DNA of 64,000 nt from Methanobacteriota archaeon (GTDB lineage: Archaea; Thermoplasmatota; E2; DHVEG-1): positions 16,747 through 80,746 of the forward strand of contig CAIRCU010000032.1 in NCBI GenBank assembly GCA_903877165.1, written 5' to 3'. The notes beneath the pieces were generated by a model. That model had not been told where the DNA came from. It did no database searches and worked only from the letters and a program-made list of their open reading frames with translations. The translations under genes and the position numbers were made by a program. Shown piece after piece: positions 27,947 to 37,204 of this stretch. Position 1 is the first letter of the stretch; each line of letters starts with the position of its first letter.

Positions 27947-29620
27947 TTAGTGTACTGGGGCGCTGCAGGCGATTTTCTCTTTGAGGATGCCAACGATTGC
28001 TTTCATTGGTACCCGCTGCTGCTCCGTGGTATCCCGGTCGCGGATGGTGACTTGGTGGTCGGAGAGGGTGTCGTGGTCGATGGTGATGCAGAACGGAGTG
28101 CCGACCTCGTCCATGCGTGCGTACCGCCGCCCGATGGTGCCTGTGGTATCAAAATACGTGTGGATGTAGGCATCCCGCAAGTCGCTGTTGATTTGCTCTG
28201 CAACCGAGACGAGTTTTTCATCATCGGTTAACGGGAAGACCCCGGCAGTGATCGGGGCGATGCATGCGGGGAACGAAAGGATGGTGTACTCTTCGTCCTT
28301 CTTCGAGACTTCCTTGTAGTTGTGCTCGATGAGGAAGTAGAGGACTCGGTCGATGCCAAACGAGGGTTCGATGACGTTGGGGATAAATTTCTCCCCCGGA
28401 GTCTTCTCCTCGACTTCGGTGACGTCGTACGCGTTGTCCGGGATTTTCACGGTTTTTTTGTCCACGGTCACGGTCAACGAACCCTTCGCAGGAGCCTCCA
28501 TGGTCTCCAGGATGGCTTTGATCTTCCCCGCCTCTTGTTTGAACAAGGGGCCCAGCACGTCCATTTTTGGGGTAATCTTGCGGCGTTTCACGACTTTGGG
28601 CTCATCGTACTTACGGACTGCGTACATGTCCACGCCTGAGGCCTGCAGGTGGGCGTTGAGGTCATACGCGGAGCGGTCCGCGATGCCGACGCATTCGATC
28701 CAGCCGAACCGCTCGCTGTAGAGTTCTGCGTCCCAGCATTCGGTGGCGTAGTGCGCAAGCTCATCGGACGCGTGTTTGCGGAACCGGAATTTCTTGGGGT
28801 CCACGCCCGCGGTGAGTAAAAAGGAGCTGGTGAGGTGCACGTAGTAAGCGAGTGCCTGGCTGTTGATGATGTGGCGGCTGACGGCTTCGCCAACGGTGAC
28901 GTTGTGCTCAGTTTCGTTGTCGAAAAGTTTGATCGGTTCGTTGACGATGGAGGGGAATTTGGGGTGGGTCTTGATCTTGGGGTCGATGAAGACTTCGGCT
29001 TCGGCCATGGAGAACTCACGCTGCCGCAGGGTGCCTTGTCTTGGTGAGATCTCGTTGCGGTAGCCTTTCCCGATTTGGACGACGCCGAAAGGCAGCCGCT
29101 CGCGGTTGTAGCGGTAGAGGAGGTGGAAGTTGGTGAAGATGCCCTGGGCGGTCTCGGGGCGTAGGAACGCAGCCCTGCCGTCGCCGATGCCTATGGTGGT
29201 GCCGAACATGAGGTTGACCGGATGCGGGTTGGTGAGGATTGTGCCGCAGCCCAGACACTTGATCTTCTTTTCTTTGAGGGCTTCCTCTACGGGTGTAGAA
29301 CCGATGATGTCTTCGACTTTGAATGATTTCTTGCACTTGGGGCAGTCGACGGTGAGGTCCGTGAATTCTTCGACGTGTCCGCTTGCTTTGAGGACTTCGA
29401 AAAGCGTGATGGTGGGCGTGCTGATTTCGACGCAGTTGTCTTTGAGGACGAAGAAGCGGCGCCAGAGGTTCTCGATGTTGAGTTTGAGCTGCGCGCCAAG
29501 CGGCCCGTAGTCGTAGAAGCCGGCGATGCCGCCGTAGATTTCGAACGACGGGTAGATGAACCCGCGTCGTTTCGCCATCGTACTAATCTTGTCGTAAATG
29601 TCTTGCGGCATCCTAAGCAA
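27947..29620 (-). CDS. glyS: glycine--tRNA ligase (archaeal/eukaryotic-type)
   Basis: RRGFIYPSFEIYGGIAGFYDYGPLG N-terminal signature. Class II aaRS length and zinc-ribbon-like CPKC insertion. Confidence 0.85.
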   Translation of the reverse strand: MLRMPQDIYDKISTMAKRRGFIYPSFEIYGGIAGFYDYGPLGAQLKLNIENLWRRFFVLKDNCVEISTPTITLFEVLKASGHVEEFTDLTVDCPKCKKSFKVEDIIGSTPVEEALKEKKIKCLGCGTILTNPHPVNLMFGTTIGIGDGRAAFLRPETAQGIFTNFHLLYRYNRERLPFGVVQIGKGYRNEISPRQGTLRQREFSMAEAEVFIDPKIKTHPKFPSIVNEPIKLFDNETEHNVTVGEAVSRHIINSQALAYYVHLTSSFLLTAGVDPKKFRFRKHASDELAHYATECWDAELYSERFGWIECVGIADRSAYDLNAHLQASGVDMYAVRKYDEPKVVKRRKITPKMDVLGPLFKQEAGKIKAILETMEAPAKGSLTVTVDKKTVKIPDNAYDVTEVEEKTPGEKFIPNVIEPSFGIDRVLYFLIEHNYKEVSKKDEEYTILSFPACIAPITAGVFPLTDDEKLVSVAEQINSDLRDAYIHTYFDTTGTIGRRYARMDEVGTPFCITIDHDTLSDHQVTIRDRDTTEQQRVPMKAIVGILKEKIACSAPVH

Positions 29621-29636
29621 TATCCTGGTGTTTGGT

Positions 29637-30488
29637 TTATTTGCGGGGTTTGAACATGCAGGAAATCAGGTCGATGTCCGTGACCATCCCGATAAGCTTG
29701 TTCTCCGGGTCGACGACCGGGACGTGGCTGATCTTGTTGCGGTACATCTTCCGGGCGATCTCGGAGATCGGGTCGTTCTTGAAGGCCTTGATGACGTTGG
29801 TGATCATGACTTCCTTGACCGGGACGGGTGGCAGGTCGACCTTGGTCGTGGAGTAGTAGAGCCTGATGGTGTCGCGGATGCCTTCCCAGGTCCAGTCGTC
29901 CTCGTCGCCGCCCATGCCCATGTTCGTCTGGGATACGCTTTCGCGGATGTGGCTGAGTTTGAAGAGGTCGCCTTCGCTGACGATGCCGGCGAGCTCGAGC
30001 TCCTTGTTGATGACGGGCAGCGCGGTCTCGTTGGTGACGTTGATGACTTCCATGATGAACGTGATCGGGTTGTCCTGGTAAACGGGCACGAGGTTACGGG
30101 TGAAGTAGTGGTCGACGATGTCGTCGAACTCATCGGGGAGGGCTTTGAGGATATCGCTGGGGCTGATGATGCCGATGAGGTTCTTGCGCTTGTCCACGAC
30201 CGGGAGACCGTGGATGCGGTTCTCGTAGAGGATCTTGGCCGCGTCGACGAGCTGATCGTCTTTTTGGACCATGTGAGGCTCCGTCGACATGATTAACGCG
30301 ATCTGCTCCTCGTCCGGATTCTTGAAGATGTCAGTGCGGGTGAGGACGCCGACGACGCGCTTGGTATCCTTCTTGAGGATCGGCATGCCTGAGACATTGT
30401 GTTTCGCGAGGGTTTTTAGGGCTTCTCGGATGGTTCCGGGGACGTATCCGACGATGAGGTCTTTGGACATCGCGTCTTCGACTATCAT
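29637..30488 (-). CDS. CBS-domain protein (four CBS repeats)
   Basis: Repeated hhGhPVVD CBS-type motifs. Start overlaps the stop of 30485..31516. Confidence 0.7.
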   Translation of the reverse strand: MIVEDAMSKDLIVGYVPGTIREALKTLAKHNVSGMPILKKDTKRVVGVLTRTDIFKNPDEEQIALIMSTEPHMVQKDDQLVDAAKILYENRIHGLPVVDKRKNLIGIISPSDILKALPDEFDDIVDHYFTRNLVPVYQDNPITFIMEVINVTNETALPVINKELELAGIVSEGDLFKLSHIRESVSQTNMGMGGDEDDWTWEGIRDTIRLYYSTTKVDLPPVPVKEVMITNVIKAFKNDPISEIARKMYRNKISHVPVVDPENKLIGMVTDIDLISCMFKPRK

Positions 30489-31516
30489 GGGCCTTCGACT
30501 CCAGGGTTTTGGCTTGGGGATATGAACAATGGATTTAAACTTTGTTTCTCCAAAACAACGATATGCTCCATTGGGTTGAGACCCTGAATACGGTCCGGTA
30601 TTCTTAACACTTTCCTTGGAGTAACCGTCACCATCTCCAGGAGGGATTCCGTCGAAAACACGCCGGCGGCCTGCAGTGTTCTGACGTCGTCCAAGACATT
30701 TGGTGACTGCAGCATGGCGTTGTCCGAGCCCAGCATCAGCGGGATGCCGCTGTCCTTGAAGGCTTTGTAGTCGACGGTGATGCCGAAGAACTGGTACGAG
30801 CGTGGGCAGAGGACCACCGGGACGCCGGCGTCGTATACCATCTTGAGGTCCGCGGGGGTGGCGGCAGTGCAGTGGATGAGGACGTCCGGTTCCAGCGACA
30901 GCACCCGTCCCATGTCTTCCCGTTTGGTCTCGCTGACGTGCAGGGCGAAGAGTTTCCTTGCTTTTTTCGTGTGCGCCACGAGATGGTCGAGGCTTCGGGC
31001 CGGCCAGTCCGTAATACTGCTCACCCCGATTCCCTGGGAAAGCTGTAGTAAGGCGGTGACCTCACGGGCCTTGTAGGTGAGACGTTGGGGTCGTGAAAAT
31101 ATCAACGGATGAACAGGGGATGAGGCGGTCGCGGCCTGGAGTTGTTCAAGGCCGGGCAGCCCGCCTTCGCGGAAGTCGCAGAACACGCCTGTGCCGCTGA
31201 CCTCTATGGTGTGCAGCGCGCGGCGCATGCTGGCGATGATCTCCTCTGGTGGTGCGCTGCGGAGCAGCCGATGCTTCAGGCCGTCCGGGGGACCGACGAG
31301 GGCTTTGACGTCATGCGGTAGTTCGATGCCACGATGCCGGATGAAGGCGTCCCCCAGATGCGTATGCGCGTTGACCAGGCCAGTGATGATGAACCCGGCC
31401 TTCTCGGCAGCCTGCGGCGATGTTCCCTCATGGAGTCTGACAGTTCGTTCCTCGATTTCGAGGTACGCCGGGCGGACGCCAGAGTCTGCAATCAAATCCC
31501 CCTGTATGAGCCGCAT
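30485..31516 (-). CDS. amidohydrolase-family metal-dependent hydrolase
   Basis: GLVNAHTHL HxH metal-binding motif. Later HVSE and D motifs of the amidohydrolase fold. Confidence 0.6.
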   Translation of the reverse strand: MRLIQGDLIADSGVRPAYLEIEERTVRLHEGTSPQAAEKAGFIITGLVNAHTHLGDAFIRHRGIELPHDVKALVGPPDGLKHRLLRSAPPEEIIASMRRALHTIEVSGTGVFCDFREGGLPGLEQLQAATASSPVHPLIFSRPQRLTYKAREVTALLQLSQGIGVSSITDWPARSLDHLVAHTKKARKLFALHVSETKREDMGRVLSLEPDVLIHCTAATPADLKMVYDAGVPVVLCPRSYQFFGITVDYKAFKDSGIPLMLGSDNAMLQSPNVLDDVRTLQAAGVFSTESLLEMVTVTPRKVLRIPDRIQGLNPMEHIVVLEKQSLNPLFISPSQNPGVEGP

Positions 31517-31662
31517 CCTATCCCATCGGTAAGACCAGGGGGGCTTTTATACCCTCGGTCCCCCATAGAAATATTTTTGAAGCCTCCCGGTGTTCTATTG
31601 GTTCCCACGGACCACCGCGAACACCATGATTTCCTGAATAGAGAGACACGCGGAGGGATCAT

Positions 31663-32748
31663 GTGGGGGATGAGGTGTGGCGAATGATGGAGAGTATTGA
31701 TGCTCGTATGGCGTTCGATAAATCGGGGATGCTTGAGGTCATCTCTAAGTTCCCGGATCAGATCAAGGAGGCTGTTGCGCTGGCGGGGACCGTGGAGCGG
31801 CTTCCGTTCTTGAAGATTGATAATATCGTTATCTCCGGGATGGGTGGCTCCGCCATCTCCGGGGATCTCGTGGAAAGCCTGTTTCGCGACAAGCTGGATG
31901 TACCTCTCATGGTGAACCGTGAACCGGACCTGCCGAAATGGGCGAACAAGGACACCCTCGCCATCTGCCTGAGTTATTCAGGGAATACGGAGGAGACGAT
32001 CGGTGCGTTCAAGGCAGCCAGCCAGAGGAAATGCAAGATCGTCAGCATCTCCACCGGCGGGAAGCTGGAGGAGTTGTCCGCGAAACGCGACGTTGTGTTC
32101 CTGAAGATTCCGTCGGGGATGCAGCCGCGGGCGGCGACACCGTTCCTGCTCTTCCCTACCATCATGCTGCTGCTGAAGGCTGGGTTGGCGAAGGCGAACA
32201 TCGAGGCTGACTTGCAGGAAACGATCGAGGTCACCAGGGAGTTCGTCACCGCGAACGGACCGAAAGTCCCGGAGGCATCGAACCCGGCGAAGCAGCTCGC
32301 CCGTAGGCTCTCTGGGGCGATCCCGCAGATCTATGGGTGGGGGCCGTACGCGCCGGTCGCGACCCGCTGGCGGCAGCAGTTCAACGAGAACAGCAAGATT
32401 ATCGCCCGCGCGGACATCGTCTCCGAATCCAACCACAACGACCTGGTCGGCTGGTCCCAGAGTCCGGAGTTCACCAAGTTCTTCACCTATATCTTGTTCC
32501 GTGACCGGGACTATGAATCGATTTCTCTTGCGACCCGGCTGGATTTCATGAGGAGCCTGGGGCAGAACGTCGCCAAGGATGTCGTCGAGGTAAGCCCGAA
32601 GGGTAAATCCCGGCTCGCGCGGATGATGCACCTCATGTGCCAGGGTGATTTCGCGAGCAACTATCTCGCGCTGCTGCGGGGTGTGGACCCAAGCCCCGTG
32701 GACATCGTCACGGAGCTGAAGCGCCGTCTGGCGGAGAAGCACGGCTGA
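31663..32748 (+). CDS. bifunctional phosphoglucose/phosphomannose isomerase (SIS domain, archaeal type)
   Basis: ISGMGGSAISGDL SIS motif. C-terminal archaeal PGI/PMI region. Likely true start at the internal MMESID. Confidence 0.7.
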   Translation: MGDEVWRMMESIDARMAFDKSGMLEVISKFPDQIKEAVALAGTVERLPFLKIDNIVISGMGGSAISGDLVESLFRDKLDVPLMVNREPDLPKWANKDTLAICLSYSGNTEETIGAFKAASQRKCKIVSISTGGKLEELSAKRDVVFLKIPSGMQPRAATPFLLFPTIMLLLKAGLAKANIEADLQETIEVTREFVTANGPKVPEASNPAKQLARRLSGAIPQIYGWGPYAPVATRWRQQFNENSKIIARADIVSESNHNDLVGWSQSPEFTKFFTYILFRDRDYESISLATRLDFMRSLGQNVAKDVVEVSPKGKSRLARMMHLMCQGDFASNYLALLRGVDPSPVDIVTELKRRLAEKHG

Positions 32749-32801
32749 ACAAAGGCATAAATACGCAAAGCCCGATTCCTTCAAGCAGACTTCATTGGTG
32801 G

Positions 32802-33941
32802 ATGAGAAGCACGCGACGTTCCAGTACCGTACAGACGATTCTGTATATCTTCCTGTGCGCAACCCTGTTGTGTAGCCTGGGTGCTCCCTGTCTTTCCGCG
32901 CAGAATGGCGACCAGCTGTCGATCGAGGTTCTGAACCTGGAGCAGACGACCTCCGGGGACAACGTGATGTACGAGGGTTCGACGTACACGGTCGGCATCG
33001 GAATCAGCGGCGGACTTGCTATCGTCCCGGATGTGACCATTGCGGTCCCGTGGGCGACGTACCTCACGACGAACGATACCCCGGTCCTTGAGTTCCCCGC
33101 CCCAAATTACGTGGATCACCAGAATTTTACCATGACTGCTTCCAAGCCGGGGTACGAGTCTACGAACCTCACGATTACCGTTTTACGTGGCGCGTTGCAT
33201 GTCACGACGCCGTCGACCAGCGTCCGTGAAGACGCGCAGCTGAAGGTCACGGTGACGGATCAGCGCGGCACCCCTATCGCCGACGCCCAGATCCTCGTGA
33301 AAGGCACGGCGGCTGCGATGACCGATTCCACCGGGCAGGTCATCATCAGCGCACCTGACGTCTCCCAGGACCAGGAGGTGGTCCTCTCTGCAACCAAGGA
33401 TGGGTACGTCACCGGCACCCGCACCGTGGTCGTCAGCAACACCCACAGCCAGCTGTTCACGGTGGACATGTCGCAGATCCTGCCGATCCTCGTCGCGGTG
33501 TTCGTGGTGATTTTCGCGGTCGGCCTGGTCCGCTGGCGGCAGATGCACCGCCCCTCACGCAGTGAGGAGGACTCCGGTGACCATGAGCCGCCGGGTGCGC
33601 GCGTCCGCAGCAGGTCGCTCCCCGATGATTTCAGTACACTGACCCATGGTCCTTCGAAAGTCGAGGAGATCCGCATCCCTATGTCGGAGAGGCGGAAGGA
33701 CACGACGGTTCTCCCCTCTGAGAAAGAATCCATGCATCATCCTGCTGAGAAGCACCTGGAGTACGATGAGTGGTTCCAGGGTACGGATTACGCGAAGTTC
33801 AAGCTGGATGAGATGACCGGGAAGATCGACAAGCAAAAAGACGGGAAATGGTTCGTAGGTGAGACCGACATCGAATCCAAGGTTGACGAGGCGCTGAAGA
33901 AGAAGTCGATGCCGAAGAAAACCAGCAAACACGACGAGTAG
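32802..33941 (+). CDS. membrane-anchored surface protein (signal peptide, Ig-like/CarboxypepD_reg-like region, C-terminal TM and charged tail)
   Basis: N-terminal signal. VTVTDQRGTPIADAQILVKGTAAAMTDSTGQVII beta-sandwich-like repeat. TM ILPILVAVFVVIFAVGLV. Confidence 0.35.
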   Translation: MRSTRRSSTVQTILYIFLCATLLCSLGAPCLSAQNGDQLSIEVLNLEQTTSGDNVMYEGSTYTVGIGISGGLAIVPDVTIAVPWATYLTTNDTPVLEFPAPNYVDHQNFTMTASKPGYESTNLTITVLRGALHVTTPSTSVREDAQLKVTVTDQRGTPIADAQILVKGTAAAMTDSTGQVIISAPDVSQDQEVVLSATKDGYVTGTRTVVVSNTHSQLFTVDMSQILPILVAVFVVIFAVGLVRWRQMHRPSRSEEDSGDHEPPGARVRSRSLPDDFSTLTHGPSKVEEIRIPMSERRKDTTVLPSEKESMHHPAEKHLEYDEWFQGTDYAKFKLDEMTGKIDKQKDGKWFVGETDIESKVDEALKKKSMPKKTSKHDE

Positions 33942-34004
33942 CGGCTTCTTCCATGTGTTTTATAAGGCTGGCAGATATCCTTCCTCGGAGTCAACATCAG
34001 GATT

Positions 34005-35006
34005 ATGGAGCTGCTCTTTGAACTGCTGAAAACCATACCGGATCTTCCGACGGATGAAGTCATCGCTTGTCTTGATGCCGAACGGATCACGCACACCACG
34101 TTTCAGAAATCTGCCGAGGTCCTCGTGGTCAATGCAAATGCTACGTTACCTGACGTGCGCAGGCTTGCTGCTCGGCTCTCTCATACCTCGGTGGTCGATG
34201 AGCTCTTGTTTTCCTGCCCGCCAAGCGAGCTTTCTTCCTTTGCGCAGGCGCATCCGCTGCCTGCTGGTGGGTCGTGTGCTGTCCGCGTCAAGAATCGTTC
34301 CACCCGCCATCACTCAGAACGGATCATCGACGCCCTCGCCGACGTCTACTCACAATACCATCCCATCAATCTGCAGACACCGGATCACGAGGTCCGGGCT
34401 GTCGTGACAGACGACGTGGTGTATGTCGGCAGGAGGCTGGCCGAGGTCGACACCGCCGCTTTCGAACTGCGGAAATCCCAGTACCGTCCGTTCTTCACCG
34501 GAATCACCATGCATCCTCGGCTCGCGCGCGCACTCGTCAACCTCTCGCGCGTCCGTGCAGGTGAGCTGTTCTGCGATCCGTTCTGCGGGTCTGGCGGCAT
34601 CCTGCTTGAGGCTGGGCTCATGGGGATGACGGTGATTGGCGGAGACGTCGAGTCGAAGATGACGACCGGGTGCACCAAGACACTTGAGCACTACGGCATC
34701 AGTAAGTTCCAGTTGTTTCCGACCGATATCGGTAAATTACCTGAGTACGTCCCCGATGTGGATGGGATCGCCACGGACTTCCCGTACGGGCGGTCGACGA
34801 CGACGAAAGGCGAAGAGCGTATGCAACTCTATGAGCGGTCCTTTCGTGCCATCGCATCGATGCTCAAACCAGGTCGCTATGCGGTCTGCGGTGTATCCGA
34901 AAAACAGTTCATAGCACTTGGAGAAAAATATCTCACGCTGCAAGCAGTCTATGATATTCGCGCCCATCGTAGCCTTACCCGTTCGTTTACTGTATTTAAA
35001 AAATAA
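34005..35006 (+). CDS. trm11: tRNA (guanine10-N2)-methyltransferase, Trm11/TrmG10 family (THUMP plus class I MTase)
   Basis: CDPFCGSGGILLEA motif I and DFPYG (D/NPPY-like) catalytic motif. N-terminal THUMP-like region. Confidence 0.75.
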   Translation: MELLFELLKTIPDLPTDEVIACLDAERITHTTFQKSAEVLVVNANATLPDVRRLAARLSHTSVVDELLFSCPPSELSSFAQAHPLPAGGSCAVRVKNRSTRHHSERIIDALADVYSQYHPINLQTPDHEVRAVVTDDVVYVGRRLAEVDTAAFELRKSQYRPFFTGITMHPRLARALVNLSRVRAGELFCDPFCGSGGILLEAGLMGMTVIGGDVESKMTTGCTKTLEHYGISKFQLFPTDIGKLPEYVPDVDGIATDFPYGRSTTTKGEERMQLYERSFRAIASMLKPGRYAVCGVSEKQFIALGEKYLTLQAVYDIRAHRSLTRSFTVFKK

Positions 35007-35046
35007 CAATTCCTCTGTGCCCAAAAGCTTTTCATCCTTTGCTCTG

Positions 35047-35979
35047 ATGCGGCTTGCACCTATGACGCAGTTGCGCATCCTCTTCCTCGGCACCAGCGGC
35101 AGCTGGCCGACCATCCAACGCAACGTCTCCTCCACCGCGATCCACCGCGGCAGCGAAGTCCTCCTCTTCGACTGCGGCGAAGGCACCCAGCGCCAATTCC
35201 AGCGCACCAGCCTCTCCTTCATGCAGATCACCAATATTTTCATCTCCCATTTCCACGGCGACCATTTCCTCGGATTGCCCGGCCTCATCCAGACCATGCA
35301 GCTCAACGACCGCAGCCAGCCCCTCCACCTCTACGGTCCGCCCGGGATGAACAAACTCACCGCCCAGCTCCTCACCCTAGGGTACTTCCGCCCGGCCTAC
35401 GAGATCATCTCCCATGAGATCGAGGACGGCGAAACGGTACAGTTCGATGGCTACGACATCAAAACCCTGGCGACAAAACACAATGTCCCGTCCCTCGCCT
35501 ACTGCCTTGAGGAGCATCAGCGGCCCGGGAAGTTCAACAAACCTAAGGCGCTCGCCCTCGGCATCCCCGAAGGACCCTTGTTCAGCAAACTCCAGCACGG
35601 ACAGACGGTCACGCTGAAGAACGGCAAGAAAATCACCCCGGACATGGTCCTCGGGACGGCTCGACGCGGCCGCAAGGTCGTCATCAGCGGCGACACGACC
35701 TACGACGAGGAGCTCATTTCCTTCGCCAAGCACGCGGACGTCCTCATCCATGAGGCGACCTTCGACTCCAGCTTCACCGAATCCGCGGAGTACGGCCACT
35801 CGACCGCTGCCCAGGCCGCGATGATCGCGAAACAAGCGGACGTCGAGGCGTTGTTCCTCATGCACATCAGCCCGCGGTACCTCGACCCAAAAATCCTTGA
35901 AGAAGAAGCCCGAACTGTGTTTCCGCATTCCTACGTCGCGAAGGATTTCCAGGAAGTCGAAGTCAGACTCAAACCCTGA
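35047..35979 (+). CDS. rnz: ribonuclease Z (tRNA 3'-processing metallo-beta-lactamase)
   Basis: ILFLGTSGSWP and HFHGDH motifs. C-terminal His motifs. Start taken at the internal ATG to avoid overlap with trm11. Confidence 0.8.
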   Translation: MRLAPMTQLRILFLGTSGSWPTIQRNVSSTAIHRGSEVLLFDCGEGTQRQFQRTSLSFMQITNIFISHFHGDHFLGLPGLIQTMQLNDRSQPLHLYGPPGMNKLTAQLLTLGYFRPAYEIISHEIEDGETVQFDGYDIKTLATKHNVPSLAYCLEEHQRPGKFNKPKALALGIPEGPLFSKLQHGQTVTLKNGKKITPDMVLGTARRGRKVVISGDTTYDEELISFAKHADVLIHEATFDSSFTESAEYGHSTAAQAAMIAKQADVEALFLMHISPRYLDPKILEEEARTVFPHSYVAKDFQEVEVRLKP

Positions 35980-35988
35980 ACCGCTACG

Positions 35989-37077
35989 TTATTTTTTCGA
36001 CCGTGAAATCGGTTTCTCCGCCACCCGCTCACATGGGTCTCCGAAGAAAATCTGAGTCAGATTAAACAGCTCCATATCCACAGTCTTGAGTTTCTCAACA
36101 GCTTCACTCAATTCCACGGGCACAATCTTATAACTGCGGAACGCGACCATCTTCCCCCAGCCTTTTGACATAACCAAATCCACAGCTGCGGCACCAAACC
36201 TTGTGGCAAGTACGCGGTCGTACGCAGTCGGCGATCCACCACGCTGCACGTGACCAAGCACTGTTACCCGCGTCTCAACCCCAAGCCGCTTCTCGATTTC
36301 CTTGCTGATGAGTTGTCCGATGCCGCCAAGCCGGACGTGCCCGAACTCGTCTTTTTCGCTGGAGATTGTCGCAAAATCCGCCATGCTCTTCGGCTTCGCG
36401 CCCTCCGCGACCACGACGATGCTGAAGTTCTTGCCGCTCTTCGCCCGGCACTCCAGGTGATTGCAGATCGTATCCAGGTCGAATGGCACCTCAGGTATCA
36501 GGATCTCGTCTGCGCCGCCCGCGATCCCGGAGACGGTCGCGATCCAGCCGGTATGCCGACCCATGACCTCCAGGACCATGATCCGATGATGTGACTCCGC
36601 CGTCGTATGCAACCGATCAATCGCCTCAGTCACAATCGACGTCGCCGTATCAAACCCAAACGTCGTATCCGTCCCGCAGATGTCGTTGTCAATCGTCTTC
36701 GGCACCCCAATAATAGGGACACCCATCTTATGCAGTTTCAAGGCGACGCCGAGCGTGTCCTCGCCGCCAATCGCAATCAGCGCGTCGATCTGCATCTTTT
36801 TGAGATTCTGCACGATCTTGTCGACGTCACCGGGGTTCTTGAACGGATTCGTCCGCGACGTCCCAAGGATCGTGCCGCCCCGCGGCAGAATCCCAGACAC
36901 CTCGCGCTCCGTCAACGGCATGGTATTGCCGTCGATGACGCCTTTCCAGCCGTTCAGAAAACCAGTGACCCGCCAGCCGAGCTTCAAAGACTTCCTCACG
37001 ACCGCACGGATCACCGCGTTCAACCCAGGGCAGTCGCCGCCACCCGTCAGAATCCCGATATTCATGGTCTGTCCCAT
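35989..37077 (-). CDS. pfkA: 6-phosphofructokinase (PfkA family)
   Basis: IGILTGGGDCPGLNAVIRAVV signature. GGDGS-type, MGR, and PKTIDND motifs. Confidence 0.75.
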   Translation of the reverse strand: MGQTMNIGILTGGGDCPGLNAVIRAVVRKSLKLGWRVTGFLNGWKGVIDGNTMPLTEREVSGILPRGGTILGTSRTNPFKNPGDVDKIVQNLKKMQIDALIAIGGEDTLGVALKLHKMGVPIIGVPKTIDNDICGTDTTFGFDTATSIVTEAIDRLHTTAESHHRIMVLEVMGRHTGWIATVSGIAGGADEILIPEVPFDLDTICNHLECRAKSGKNFSIVVVAEGAKPKSMADFATISSEKDEFGHVRLGGIGQLISKEIEKRLGVETRVTVLGHVQRGGSPTAYDRVLATRFGAAAVDLVMSKGWGKMVAFRSYKIVPVELSEAVEKLKTVDMELFNLTQIFFGDPCERVAEKPISRSKK

Positions 37078-37204
37078 ATGCGTCTTCCTCTTCCCTGACC
37101 CCGGTTATCTGTTCTCCTTGATTAAAACTTACGGTTACCGGCGGCATCGATGAAAACGAAGAAATACAGACAACCGATTTCCCATCCCTGAAAGGACCAT
37201 CGCC

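Noticed and set aside
29598-30296. 232-aa plus-strand ORF antisense to the CBS-domain gene
   Set aside because: Asp/Val/Gly-rich antisense artefact.
31978-32862. 294-aa minus-strand ORF antisense to the PGI/PMI gene
   Set aside because: Arg/Leu/Pro-rich antisense frame. The sense gene has the SIS motif.
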